Source: an uncultured Clostridia bacterium (GTDB lineage: Bacteria > Bacillota > Clostridia > Oscillospirales > Butyricicoccaceae). From it: a stretch of DNA of 64,000 nucleotides. Both the position numbers and the translations under genes were made by a program. The DNA is taken from positions 10,970 to 74,969 of the forward strand of contig CALWAP010000004.1 in NCBI GenBank assembly GCA_944375715.1, in the 5' to 3' direction. This document shows positions 29,049-38,124 of this stretch, piece by piece (positions within the stretch are counted from its first letter, which is position 1; every line of letters starts with the position of its first letter). The notes beneath the pieces are model-generated. The model was not told where the DNA came from and searched no databases. It saw only the letters and a program-made list of their open reading frames with translations.

Positions 29049-30089
29049 TTATTTCTCCAGAGTAAGGAAGCTGTTTATCAGTTCCTGCGGGCAATTGTTG
29101 TCCATGACCAAAATGACAAGGTTACCGACGGCCGCCGTGCGGACATTTTCCTCATCGACGCCGACACAGATCCATTTTCTGGGATCAACATTGGCTTTTA
29201 TTTCTTCCATGGCTTTTTGGGAATCCTGATCGTCTTCCAGCCTTACAAGGCAGACAGAATGGGCCATAGCCATCATCATCGGCTCAGAAGCCAGGGCTTC
29301 TTTAAACTTTATATCAGAGGTGCCAAGGTAATATTCAGCGTTGTCAGCGGTAATAACGGTATTGCTCATATGCATATTGGAAAAATCGTTCTCCACACCG
29401 GCATAAACAGCAGCCATTATGGTTTCAAGAGAAGAATTTTTCAGGTCAACGCTGCCCGAGGCTATCTGCTTTGCCGTTTCGTACTCGGCCTGTGTAAATA
29501 CCGATTCGGCTATCAGTTTCTGGGCCAGAGAAACGGTGTTTTCTGGCTGCATTTTGCTTTCCAAAGCGGCGTAATAGACATTTACGGCGCTGCCGCGGGT
29601 AAAGGCGCCTTCGCCCTTTTCATAAATTGCGGCCTGCTGACCAAGGGTTTCCCAATTTTCCCATACGGTCGAAGTTTCATTGTCGGCATACCCTAACGCC
29701 CTGAGGGTGAAGGTCACGCATTCGGCGGCCGACGCTGCGGTTTCGGGATCGAAAAGTGTCTCTGAAACGCCGTTGGTGAGGCCGTTTTCATAAGCATAGC
29801 CTATGTAGTTTTCCGCGTTCTGCCAGGTGGGGGCGTCGGTAAAGGGGTGTTCCCACTGACCGGCAAGGGCCTCATTTTCCTTTCCCATAAGGCGTATGAG
29901 CATGATAAGGGCTTCCATTCTTGTAGGCTCCCTGTCAAGCTCCAGCCCCTTGTCGCTGCCGCGGAACAGGCCGAGGGTCTTTAAGGCATGGGCTTCGTTG
30001 AGGGTTTCGGTGTCTGCGGCCGATACTGTGAGGCACGTGGCGCTTATGCACACAGCCAGGGCCAGGATAAGGGCCGTTAATTTTTTCAT
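29049..30089 (-). CDS. secreted protein with SLH-like repeats and a DUF4358-like C-terminal domain
   Basis: Signal peptide. SLH-like segments (LKTLGLFRGSDKGLELDREPTRMEALIMLIRLMG; FTDAPTWQNAENYIGYAYENGLTNGVSETLFDP...). The C-terminal part resembles DUF4358 as I remember it. Confidence 0.55.
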   Translation of the reverse strand: MKKLTALILALAVCISATCLTVSAADTETLNEAHALKTLGLFRGSDKGLELDREPTRMEALIMLIRLMGKENEALAGQWEHPFTDAPTWQNAENYIGYAYENGLTNGVSETLFDPETAASAAECVTFTLRALGYADNETSTVWENWETLGQQAAIYEKGEGAFTRGSAVNVYYAALESKMQPENTVSLAQKLIAESVFTQAEYETAKQIASGSVDLKNSSLETIMAAVYAGVENDFSNMHMSNTVITADNAEYYLGTSDIKFKEALASEPMMMAMAHSVCLVRLEDDQDSQKAMEEIKANVDPRKWICVGVDEENVRTAAVGNLVILVMDNNCPQELINSFLTLEK

Positions 30090-30151
30090 AAATATCTTCC
30101 TTTCAAAATAGAGTCTGTTTTTAGACGGGAAAAATCTGTTATTGTTCCGAA

Positions 30152-30181
30152 AAAAGTCCCCGCCATTAGGCGGGGACTTTT
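30152..30181 (-). terminator. terminator after the M20 gene
   Basis: AAAAGTCCCCGCC-atta-GGCGGGGACTTTT. Confidence 0.75.
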
Positions 30182-30194
30182 AAAATGAAATTTT

Positions 30195-31508
30195 TTACTT
30201 CATTATGTCATAAACAACAGATGCAAATACCCTGACGGCCCTTTCCAATACGGCTTCATCGAAATCATAAGTACGGCTGTGTCCGGGCCCTGCGCAGGGG
30301 CAGAGGGAACGGAAGAAGGTGGCCTTGCCACCGTGTTCCTGAACCTTACGCATCATGTATGTGTAGTCTTCGCTTCCTCCCCCGGGCTGAGGAACATAGT
30401 CATGGACCCTGTATTCGGGCATATGCTCGGTTATGACTCTCTTGACCCTTTCCATCATTTCGGGGTCGCTTTCGGCAGTCTGAGCGCCGCCCATGACCTT
30501 TATTTCATAGGTGCAGCCATACATTTCGGCGCAGGCCTTGATGACCTTGCGTGCGCAGTCTTCCATATAATCCTTGATCTCGGTGGTCTTGCCTCTGACT
30601 TCCATTTCCATCTTGGCTATATCGGCAATGACATTCCTGCCGGTGCCGGCGTGTATCGTACCGACATTGATCCTCGATTCGCCCTGGCCGTGGCGGGGAA
30701 TGGCATAAAGGTTCATTATGGCCGCAGCTGCTGCCTGAAGGGCGTTTTTGCCCAGATGGGGAGCTCCCGAGGCATGGGAAGATGCGCCGTGATAGTAAAC
30801 ATCAAGCTTGGTAGTAGCCATATTGCCGCCGCTGCCGGGGATAAAGTCGGTGTCGGCGTAAATGCCCTGAGGCGCGCCGATGTGGTTGCCGATTACATAA
30901 TCTACATCATCCAGATGTCCTTTGGCGACTATCGACTTGGCGCCCCGGACACCTTCTTCGGCGGGCTGGAATATCAGCTTTACCGTGCCGTGAAGCGAGT
31001 CTTTTATCTGAGCAAGCACCATGGCGACGCCCAGACCCGTGCAGGCGTGGCCATCATGTCCGCAGGCGTGCATCATGCCGTAATTGACCGAGGCAAAGCC
31101 CTCTTTTGCGGGATAGTGGCTCATATCCTGGGATTCTATTACGCCCAGAGCATCAATATCGAACCTTAAAGCGACGGTAGGACCTTCTCCGCAGCGAAGT
31201 ATGCCTATGACCCCTGTAAATCCGCCTTTTGTCCTGGGCAGGAACTCGGGGTCGCCGCCCTGCTCCTCGGCAATCTTATAGTGGGCTTCCAGAACATCGT
31301 CATCGGGCAGTCCCATACGGGCGTCGGCTTCACAGACATCAGGTCCGGTCAGGACTTCAAAGCACCCCAGGTCTGTAAGTCGTCTTGCGATTATCGACGA
31401 GGTCCTCATCTCCAGCCATCCGCTTTCGGCATACTTGTGGAAATCGCGCCTCTGGGCCGTGATATCCGGATGTACAGCCTTTGAAAGTTCGGCAATTTTG
31501 TCAAACAT
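30195..31508 (-). CDS. M20-family amidohydrolase/peptidase (AbgA/HipO-like)
   Basis: MHACGHDGH metal-binding motif and a typical length of about 437 aa. GGGAGGAAA RBS. Confidence 0.8.
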   Translation of the reverse strand: MFDKIAELSKAVHPDITAQRRDFHKYAESGWLEMRTSSIIARRLTDLGCFEVLTGPDVCEADARMGLPDDDVLEAHYKIAEEQGGDPEFLPRTKGGFTGVIGILRCGEGPTVALRFDIDALGVIESQDMSHYPAKEGFASVNYGMMHACGHDGHACTGLGVAMVLAQIKDSLHGTVKLIFQPAEEGVRGAKSIVAKGHLDDVDYVIGNHIGAPQGIYADTDFIPGSGGNMATTKLDVYYHGASSHASGAPHLGKNALQAAAAAIMNLYAIPRHGQGESRINVGTIHAGTGRNVIADIAKMEMEVRGKTTEIKDYMEDCARKVIKACAEMYGCTYEIKVMGGAQTAESDPEMMERVKRVITEHMPEYRVHDYVPQPGGGSEDYTYMMRKVQEHGGKATFFRSLCPCAGPGHSRTYDFDEAVLERAVRVFASVVYDIMK

Positions 31509-31533
31509 AAACTGTTTCCTCCCTATATATATT

Positions 31534-33747
31534 TTATTGGCATGACTGCATAAGCTGGCTTGCCGCTTCCATATTGAGCTTTTCCAGCTCCTTTAATCGG
31601 TGGGCTATGCCGGTAAACATGGAAGGGTCTTTAAGGGCGCTGTCGCAGAGGCCTTTAAGGCCCTCTGGGCTGAGATTTTCGAGATTTGTGAAAAACGGGT
31701 TGCCGGCGTATTCCATGAAACCTTCTACCTTGATGTCATAGGAAACCCCGATGAACGGCACGCCGGCGGCCGCCGAAAATACAAGGGCATGGAGCCGCAT
31801 GGCACAGACAAGGCTCATACGCTTTAAAACAGCTATCATAAGGCCTATGTCGTCTATATCATCAAGCATCAGACAGGGGATATCTTCAAGCATTTCCATT
31901 ACCTGCCTTGACGGTGAAATGTCTCCGGGCCTTTCGAAGGGGATAAATACAGGGGTCAGCCCATGCTTTTCATAGGCGTGCCTTGCTGCCTGGGCAAAAG
32001 CATTTATATCGAAGGACGATTTCCAAAACCGCAGGGCAAAACAAATGTATTTGCCGTTTATATCCATGCCGTGCTTTTTGAGATAAGCTTCGGCTGTCAT
32101 GTCAGAAGCAGCCTCCAGCCCCAGGGCGGGATCAGAAGTCAGACGAATATCAGGGCGGGTTATGCCCATATCTTTAAGCTCTTCCATGCTTTTGGGGTCA
32201 CGAAGGGTTATGGTGTCGGCGTTACGGTTCAAAACGGCCTTTGTCAGCCTGCGGTTCAGCGGCCGGTGGACATGTCCTATACCGCAGCCATACATAAGCA
32301 CACGGCAGCCCATATGTTTTGCGGCCCATATGGTGAAAAGGTAAAAATAAAGGGAGCGGCTGGAGGTTATGTCCTGGATAAGACTGCCGCCACCGTTTAT
32401 AAAAAGCCTGCGTTTTTTCATATCCCTTAAAAATGAAAGCAGGTTGAAGGTATATACCGCCTTTACCCCGTGCAGAAGTTTGGTCTTCATGGGGCTTCGG
32501 GTCATTACACATATGGGCATAAGGGGGTCTATAAGGCGCATGGTGTCGATTATGGCCCCTAAAATGGCCTCGTCGCCGGCGTTGCCCCTGCCGTAGGCCC
32601 CGCAGATAAGGACGCCATCCCGCTTGCCGCGGGCTTTGAGGGTCAGGATGTTTTCATATATCTGCTGCTGGGTTTCGGCCATATTGTCAAGGGAATAAAG
32701 GGATGAGGCCTTTTGATAGAGCCTTTCGGAAAAGGCTCTGCGCTTCTTAGGGTCAGTGGCCAGGTCGCTTATATAGGAAGCAAAGGTCTCAACATCTCCC
32801 GGTGAAAAGATATATCCGCTTTTGCCGTTTTCGATAAGATCCCTCATGCCGCCCACGTCGGAGGTGATGACGGCGCAGCCCTCTCTTATCCCTTCAAGTA
32901 TTGAGTAGGGAAAGGATTCGGAAATGGAGCACAGCACATCGACGTCGCATGCCGCAAAAAATGTCGGCACATCATTGAGCCATCCCATAAAGCTGACTTT
33001 ATCTTCCAGCTTGAGCTCCTTTGAAAGAGCCATGAGTTTTTCTGTTTCCTCGCCGTCGCCGCCGATCAGGAGCTTTATGTTGGGGGTCTTGCGGCTGGCC
33101 AGCTCAAAGGCCCTTAACAGCGTTGATATGTCCTTTACGGGGTTGAGCCTTGCGGGGATGCCGAAAACCACGTCCCCTTCTTTATATTCAAGCCCGGCCT
33201 TTTTCAGGTATTCGGCCTTATCGGGCTTTTGGGCCTTTTGGGAAAAATCCAGGCCATTGTATATGGTCATTATTTTTAAGGGTGAAAATGACCTTTCGGT
33301 CAGCATGCGCCTGAAATTGTCGGACACCGTTATATAATAATTGAAAAACCTCAAAGCCGCCGAGTTTATCCGACCTATGGTGTTGCGCTTCAAAAAGCTG
33401 TGCATATAGTCCAGCTTGTAGTCGCTGTGGACCGTCGTCACGATGGTGCGCCCGGCAAAGAGGCGCAGAAGGGCCCCCGCCAGGTTGGCTTTGGCCCCGT
33501 GGCAGTGGACAATATCTGGCTTTTCTTTTTTCACATATCTTATGAGCCTGATATAGTCCATGGGGACAAAGGCCGAGAAAAAGGTTTTTGTCCTTATTCC
33601 CAGCGCCTCGGCGTCTTTAGGGAACTCGCCCCCGCGCAGGCTGACCAGCGTAAGTTCGTTTTTTTCCTTTAGCTTGGAACAGAGGGCAAGGATATGGGTC
33701 TTGGCGCCGCCCTTGTCGCCGCCTCCGGCTATGTGCATTATTTTCAT
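31534..33747 (-). CDS. csaB: fusion protein: GT4 glycosyltransferase (N-terminal) + CsaB-type polysaccharide pyruvyl transferase (C-terminal)
   Basis: N-terminal half is GT4-like (GGDKGGAKTHI...; EGIREGCAVITSDVGG). C-terminal half carries CsaB signatures (GAYGRGNAGDEAILGAII; INGGGSLIQDITSSRSLYFY; YGCGIGHV). Confidence 0.75.
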   Translation of the reverse strand: MKIMHIAGGGDKGGAKTHILALCSKLKEKNELTLVSLRGGEFPKDAEALGIRTKTFFSAFVPMDYIRLIRYVKKEKPDIVHCHGAKANLAGALLRLFAGRTIVTTVHSDYKLDYMHSFLKRNTIGRINSAALRFFNYYITVSDNFRRMLTERSFSPLKIMTIYNGLDFSQKAQKPDKAEYLKKAGLEYKEGDVVFGIPARLNPVKDISTLLRAFELASRKTPNIKLLIGGDGEETEKLMALSKELKLEDKVSFMGWLNDVPTFFAACDVDVLCSISESFPYSILEGIREGCAVITSDVGGMRDLIENGKSGYIFSPGDVETFASYISDLATDPKKRRAFSERLYQKASSLYSLDNMAETQQQIYENILTLKARGKRDGVLICGAYGRGNAGDEAILGAIIDTMRLIDPLMPICVMTRSPMKTKLLHGVKAVYTFNLLSFLRDMKKRRLFINGGGSLIQDITSSRSLYFYLFTIWAAKHMGCRVLMYGCGIGHVHRPLNRRLTKAVLNRNADTITLRDPKSMEELKDMGITRPDIRLTSDPALGLEAASDMTAEAYLKKHGMDINGKYICFALRFWKSSFDINAFAQAARHAYEKHGLTPVFIPFERPGDISPSRQVMEMLEDIPCLMLDDIDDIGLMIAVLKRMSLVCAMRLHALVFSAAAGVPFIGVSYDIKVEGFMEYAGNPFFTNLENLSPEGLKGLCDSALKDPSMFTGIAHRLKELEKLNMEAASQLMQSCQ

Positions 33748-33805
33748 CTATAAAAAATCTCCTGAAGTATCTTTGGGCTTATACAAAACAAGTATATATC
33801 ATTTT

Positions 33806-33845
33806 AAAGCCCTGGGTCAACCTAAAAGCTTGACTCAGGGCTTTT
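33806..33845 (+). other. strong orphan hairpin in a divergent intergenic region
   Basis: AAAGCCCTGGGTCAA-cctaaaagc-TTGACTCAGGGCTTT (15 bp, one G-U pair), followed by T. Confidence 0.6.
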
Positions 33846-33855
33846 GGAAAACGAA

Positions 33856-33883
33856 TTGCAAATGGCGGGAAATGTGGTATTAT
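33856..33883 (+). promoter_or_regulatory. sigma-A-type promoter candidate for the metallophosphoesterase gene
   Basis: TTGCAA, 16 nt, TATTAT, with TGg (extended -10). Confidence 0.45.
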
Positions 33884-33934
33884 ATGTATATCTATCTTGC
33901 GGCGGCGCCGCTTAAAGCAGGGAGGGACCGTATA

Positions 33935-34735
33935 ATGTCAAAACTCACGATAGGCCATCTGAGCGATATGCACCTTATAGGCGAAAAAGGCGCCGAAGGC
34001 ACCATGCTCAAGCTCAAAGACGCCGGAGGGGATCCGCAGGGTTCGCTGGAGAGATGCCTTAAAGAGCTTGCGGAGGAAAGGCCCGATCTTCTGCTGATAA
34101 CGGGCGATATGTGTCATGAGGGCACAGCGGCTGATTATGACGGGCTCAGGGAAACCATCGAAAAGCACCTGCCCGGAGTACCTGTTCTGGCCTCCCTGGG
34201 CAATCATGATGTGCGCGATGCTTTCCGCAAAGGCTTTTTGGGCGATACATACGGCGGTGACCATCCTTACTGCGATATGCTGGAGCTGGGTGGGTTCAGG
34301 TTTATCTCGATAGATTCCGCCTATGAGAAAAAACTTACGGGAAATGTGGGCGACGACCAGCTTGATTGGCTGGAAAAGGCCGTTTTGCCCCATGCGCCCA
34401 AGGGCAACGTACTTTTGACCCACCATCCCATGTGCCCCGAGCTTTCCCGTTCGGGCATGGAGATGAGCCCCAGGCTCGAGCGCATAATAAGGGGCGGAGG
34501 CTTTGCTGCCTTGTTTAACGGACATGTGCATCGCAGCTGTGTTTCGGAAGCGGCCGGCGTGCTGCATATAACGGGTCAGTCGCTGTCCTTTGACATCGAG
34601 GTAAGGAACCGCACCTGTTATTATACCACGCGCGGAGGATATCATTATTGCACAGTAAACAATGACGGAGCCTTTTTTATCGAAAGCAGGATAACCTGCC
34701 CAAAGGGCGAGGTGTTCCTTGAAAAACAGTTTTAA
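33935..34735 (+). CDS. metallophosphoesterase (CpdA-like)
   Basis: Motifs GHLSDMHL, GDMCHEG, GNHD, THHP and GHVH. GGAGGGA RBS before the ATG at 33935. The 391-aa ORF in the track is an over-extension. Confidence 0.8.
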   Translation: MSKLTIGHLSDMHLIGEKGAEGTMLKLKDAGGDPQGSLERCLKELAEERPDLLLITGDMCHEGTAADYDGLRETIEKHLPGVPVLASLGNHDVRDAFRKGFLGDTYGGDHPYCDMLELGGFRFISIDSAYEKKLTGNVGDDQLDWLEKAVLPHAPKGNVLLTHHPMCPELSRSGMEMSPRLERIIRGGGFAALFNGHVHRSCVSEAAGVLHITGQSLSFDIEVRNRTCYYTTRGGYHYCTVNNDGAFFIESRITCPKGEVFLEKQF

Positions 34736-34749
34736 AGGAGGAAGGCAGT

Positions 34750-35004
34750 TTGAAATATTTGAACGAGTTTATGCGGGCGGCGAAAATCGCTTTGTTCCTG
34801 GCCCTGGGTGTCTTTATCGGCACAGGGATCGTGCCATGGGCGATGAGTGAAGATAAAGCCGCCGCGAAAGAGGGGCTTGTCGGCGCGGCCTTTGGCATTA
34901 TGGTGCCGTATATGTTTGTTGTGGCCGCCCTTTTTGTGAGCGAAGTCGTGAAAACAAAGCGCCGCCAGAAAAGGGCGGCGCAGAAAGATCAGGGCAAAAA
35001 ATAG
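34750..35004 (+). CDS. small membrane protein (2 TM) with a basic tail
   Basis: AGGAGGAAGG RBS and a TTG start. Two hydrophobic helices, then a KRRQKRAAQKDQGKK tail. Confidence 0.45.
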   Translation: MKYLNEFMRAAKIALFLALGVFIGTGIVPWAMSEDKAAAKEGLVGAAFGIMVPYMFVVAALFVSEVVKTKRRQKRAAQKDQGKK

Positions 35005-35005
35005 A

Positions 35006-35545
35006 TTAACGGGAGCTTTCGGGATCCAAGCATACCATGGAACCGGATGCTCCTTTTTGGTTTTGATACTTGCCGCAATAGGGCTGCAAGGCGCTGCTGT
35101 CCATTTTGGCAAAGACCAGCTGGCCTACACGCCTGCCGGGGGTGAGGCGTATGGCAAAGCGGTTGGCGTTGAAAAGCTCCAGCGTTATCTCACCCTTAAA
35201 ACCCGGATCCACCCAGCCGGCGTTCTGGATGAAAAGCCCCATACGGCCCAAAGAGCTCCTGCCCTCGACAAAGGCCGTCATGTCGGCCGGCAGGTCGAGG
35301 TATTCCATCGTCGTTGCCAGAACGAACTGACCGGGAAGAAGCAGATAAGTGTCTGATCTGATGGTTTTGTAGCTTATCGGGCTTTCCATGTCGAGTATGC
35401 CGTCGGGTGAGTCCTCTATGACGGCAAAGGTGTCGCCCAGGCGTATGTCAAGGCTTGCCGGCTGTATCTGTATATTTTCTATGGGGCTTTTTATCAGGGA
35501 GCCCTTTGAGATCATATCCCTTATGGTCTTGTCTGAAAGTATCAT
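35006..35545 (-). CDS. dcd: dCTP deaminase
   Basis: MILSDKTIRDMI N-terminus, and IQPASLDIRLG and GWVDPGFKGEITLE motifs. GGAGGA RBS before the ATG at 35545. Confidence 0.9.
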   Translation of the reverse strand: MILSDKTIRDMISKGSLIKSPIENIQIQPASLDIRLGDTFAVIEDSPDGILDMESPISYKTIRSDTYLLLPGQFVLATTMEYLDLPADMTAFVEGRSSLGRMGLFIQNAGWVDPGFKGEITLELFNANRFAIRLTPGRRVGQLVFAKMDSSALQPYCGKYQNQKGASGSMVCLDPESSR

Positions 35546-35573
35546 GCTGTCCTCCGTAAAATTCTTCAAAGTG

Positions 35574-35601
35574 AAAAGCCGCCCTTTTGGGGCGGCTTTT
35601 T
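35574..35601. terminator. bidirectional terminator between ackA and dcd
   Basis: AAAAGCCGCCC-ttttg-GGGCGGCTTTT. Confidence 0.8.
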
Positions 35602-35614
35602 GATATATGTTTTC

Positions 35615-36811
35615 TTACTTGTTGAGAGCCGAAACGATTTCCTCGGTATCGGAAGCGATGACCAGCTCTTCGTTGGTGGGTATAACGAATACTTTGACCT
35701 TGGAACCGGCGCCCGTGATATCGACCGTGCCCCTGACGGCGTTCTTTTCCTGGTCGATTTCGATGCCCAGATACTCAAGGCCTTCGGTGATCTTGGCGCG
35801 CATCTCGGCCGAGTTCTCGCCTACGCCCGCCGTAAAGACGATAGCGTCGGCGCCGCCCAGAGCGGCGACATAGGAGCCGATGTACTTCTTTACATTATAA
35901 GCAAAGATGTCAAGAGCCAGCTGAGCCCTGTCATTTCCGGCGGCAGCGGCCTCGTCCAGGTCGCGGAAGTCGGAGGAAACACCCGAAATACCCAGAACGC
36001 CCGACTTCTTGTTGAGCATGGTCAGGGTCTCGGAGGGGGTCAGGTTGTCATGGTTGGCGATGAATTCGACAATGGCGGGGTCCATGCTGCCCGAACGGGT
36101 GCCCATGGGAACACCCTCAAGAGGCGTAAGGCCCATGGAGGTGTCAAAGCACTTGCCGTCCTTGACGGCAGCCAGCGAAGAGCCGTTGCCCAGATGGCAT
36201 GTGATTATCTTTGTGCCCTCGGCCTTGCCGCCCAGAAGCTCGATGGCCTTGGCCGAAACATAGCGGTGGGAGGTTCCGTGGAAACCGTAGCGGCGGACGC
36301 CGTACTTCTCATAATACTCATAAGGAATGGCATATACATAAGAGCTCTTGGGCATGCTCTGATGGAAAGCCGTATCAAAAACAGCTACCTGAGGAACGCC
36401 GGGCATGACCTCTTCGCAGGCATGGATGCCCATAAGGTTGGCAGGGTTGTGCAGGGGGCCCAGGGGGATACATTCCTCGATAGCGGCGATGACCTTTTCG
36501 TCAACAAGCACGGATTCCGAGAACTTCTGACCGCCGTGCAGTACGCGGTGGCCGACAGCGTCGATTTCGCTCATGCTCTTGATAACGCCGTATTCTTCAT
36601 CCAGCAGCATCTTGGTCAGGTGACGGATGGCGTCGGCATGGGTGGCCATGGGGGTGTCGCCCGTGACCTTCTTGCCGTTGGCCTCATGCTTGAACTTGCC
36701 GTCAATGCCTATCCTCTCGCACAGGCCTTTGGCGCGGACTTCCTGTGTCGTCATATCAAAAAGCTGATATTTGAGGGAAGAACTGCCGGCGTTGATAACC
36801 AGAATATTCAT
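35615..36811 (-). CDS. ackA: acetate kinase
   Basis: [19 protein letters not shown]-terminus; acetate/propionate kinase family along its full length. Confidence 0.95.
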   Translation of the reverse strand: MNILVINAGSSSLKYQLFDMTTQEVRAKGLCERIGIDGKFKHEANGKKVTGDTPMATHADAIRHLTKMLLDEEYGVIKSMSEIDAVGHRVLHGGQKFSESVLVDEKVIAAIEECIPLGPLHNPANLMGIHACEEVMPGVPQVAVFDTAFHQSMPKSSYVYAIPYEYYEKYGVRRYGFHGTSHRYVSAKAIELLGGKAEGTKIITCHLGNGSSLAAVKDGKCFDTSMGLTPLEGVPMGTRSGSMDPAIVEFIANHDNLTPSETLTMLNKKSGVLGISGVSSDFRDLDEAAAAGNDRAQLALDIFAYNVKKYIGSYVAALGGADAIVFTAGVGENSAEMRAKITEGLEYLGIEIDQEKNAVRGTVDITGAGSKVKVFVIPTNEELVIASDTEEIVSALNK

Positions 36812-37061
36812 CTTTTAAACACTCTCCTATATTATTTTTGTTGATAAATGACATTTTCGGCTATATAATTGCCATACAAATTTATATTACAACAGTTTTG
36901 CCATATTGACAACTGTATTTTTGGAAAATTGCCGACCGGCAGGTCCGGAACACTCATTTGTTTGCTTCCATGCGGAAAGTAAGCCGGCTAATACACGGGG
37001 TGAAAAGACGATGCAAGGCTTTATATGCCATAGGCGGGCAGGCCGTTATTTCCAAGATAAT

Positions 37062-37090
37062 AAAGTGAGCCGCCGTCTGCGGCTCACTTT
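37062..37090. terminator. terminator after hypothetical gene 37133..37813
   Basis: Perfect 12-bp stem AAAGTGAGCCGC-cgtct-GCGGCTCACTTT. Confidence 0.75.
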
Positions 37091-37132
37091 ATTCATGCCA
37101 TTGCGGATACCGGCACCATTCTGTATCCGCCG

Positions 37133-37813
37133 TCATCCGATTTCTTCTGCTCTGACCGCGTTTTCCGGGCCTATGCTTTCAAGCAGGCCCAGCAGTTTGT
37201 CCATGCTTTCCTGCGGTATTGACGAATACCATCCCAGGCCGCTTTCGCTGTTAAGCGTATCTGATTGGAGGTTTTCCCTAAGATAGCCGTATGGCGTTTC
37301 ATCTTCGGGCATAAGCGATGTATCCGTCCTGAAAATGTGCATCGTTGGCTGGCCGAAGCGCTCCAGACGGATGGGGAATTTCGACCATGCGCTGTCTGAA
37401 TAATTTTCCCAATTTATGATTTCAATGCTGTAACAGACCCTTTCCGCCGCAAGATATATGCGTGGGAGATATTCAAAGCTGTCGGCAAAACCTAATGCTA
37501 TATCGCTGCTTTTCTCAAACTGCCGGTACTGCTCAATTTTTTGGCAAAGGTCCAGAATTTCTTCACCAAGCGCCGTGTCCGTTACCAGCCATATTGAATG
37601 AGGCTCCGTTTCTGGTGGCTGTGATGGACCAAGGAATTTCCCAAAATACCCTTCTTCGACATAGATCTTAACGCCGTTTTCAAAATCAGGCATATAGATC
37701 TCTCCGCCCACAGGCCTGCGGGATAACGTCAACAGCACCGGGACAATCAGCAGAAGGGCAGAGATCCGCAGCATGAATGTCATTACCGGCGGCTTCAGCT
37801 GACTGATGTGCAT
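37133..37813 (-). CDS. hypothetical membrane-anchored/secreted protein
   Basis: N-terminal hydrophobic helix and a GGAGGGGAAGG RBS. TGaTATAAT extended -10 at 37852..37860 on the minus strand. Confidence 0.5.
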   Translation of the reverse strand: MHISQLKPPVMTFMLRISALLLIVPVLLTLSRRPVGGEIYMPDFENGVKIYVEEGYFGKFLGPSQPPETEPHSIWLVTDTALGEEILDLCQKIEQYRQFEKSSDIALGFADSFEYLPRIYLAAERVCYSIEIINWENYSDSAWSKFPIRLERFGQPTMHIFRTDTSLMPEDETPYGYLRENLQSDTLNSESGLGWYSSIPQESMDKLLGLLESIGPENAVRAEEIG

Positions 37814-38124
37814 ACCTTCCCCTCCATTCTTTTGGCGTTCATTCCTGTATTTATTATATCATGTGATCTGCCGGGGCGATAGATGATTTTGCCTTTTTCT
37901 CGAAAATGCCGCCTTATGCAGCTGAATGATTTTATGCAGGATATTGCATTCTGAGCCGTTTCTGTCCGGTGCCTTTCATCGGCACATTTTGGCTGACGGA
38001 GCGTTATTTTTGACTTATGTTTTGTGTTTCGCCCCGTCCTGGCGCAGATTTTCTTTACTTTTATAAGCAGAATATATTAATATGGTATAAGAGATTTGAT
38101 TTTTGAAGTTACGGTGGAGAAACC

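Noticed and set aside
33560-34735. 391-aa version of the metallophosphoesterase ORF, starting inside the divergent GT4-CsaB gene.
   Set aside because: The extension crosses the intergenic hairpin and promoter. The metallophosphoesterase motif I (GHLSDMHL) follows MSKLTI at 33935, which has a GGAGGGA RBS.
35600-36844. 414-aa plus-strand ORF covering the whole ackA locus.
   Set aside because: It is antisense to an unmistakable acetate kinase gene. It has no recognisable motifs, and its composition is Gly/Ala/Val/Leu-rich, typical of shadow ORFs.
36906-37286. 126-aa plus-strand ORF in the ackA-hypothetical intergenic region, and 38015..38425 / 38077..38400 minus-strand Pro/Arg-rich ORFs.
   Set aside because: The first runs through a perfect terminator hairpin and into the antisense of a better gene. 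The others overlap the tmcAL start in antisense and are compositionally odd. None has an RBS.
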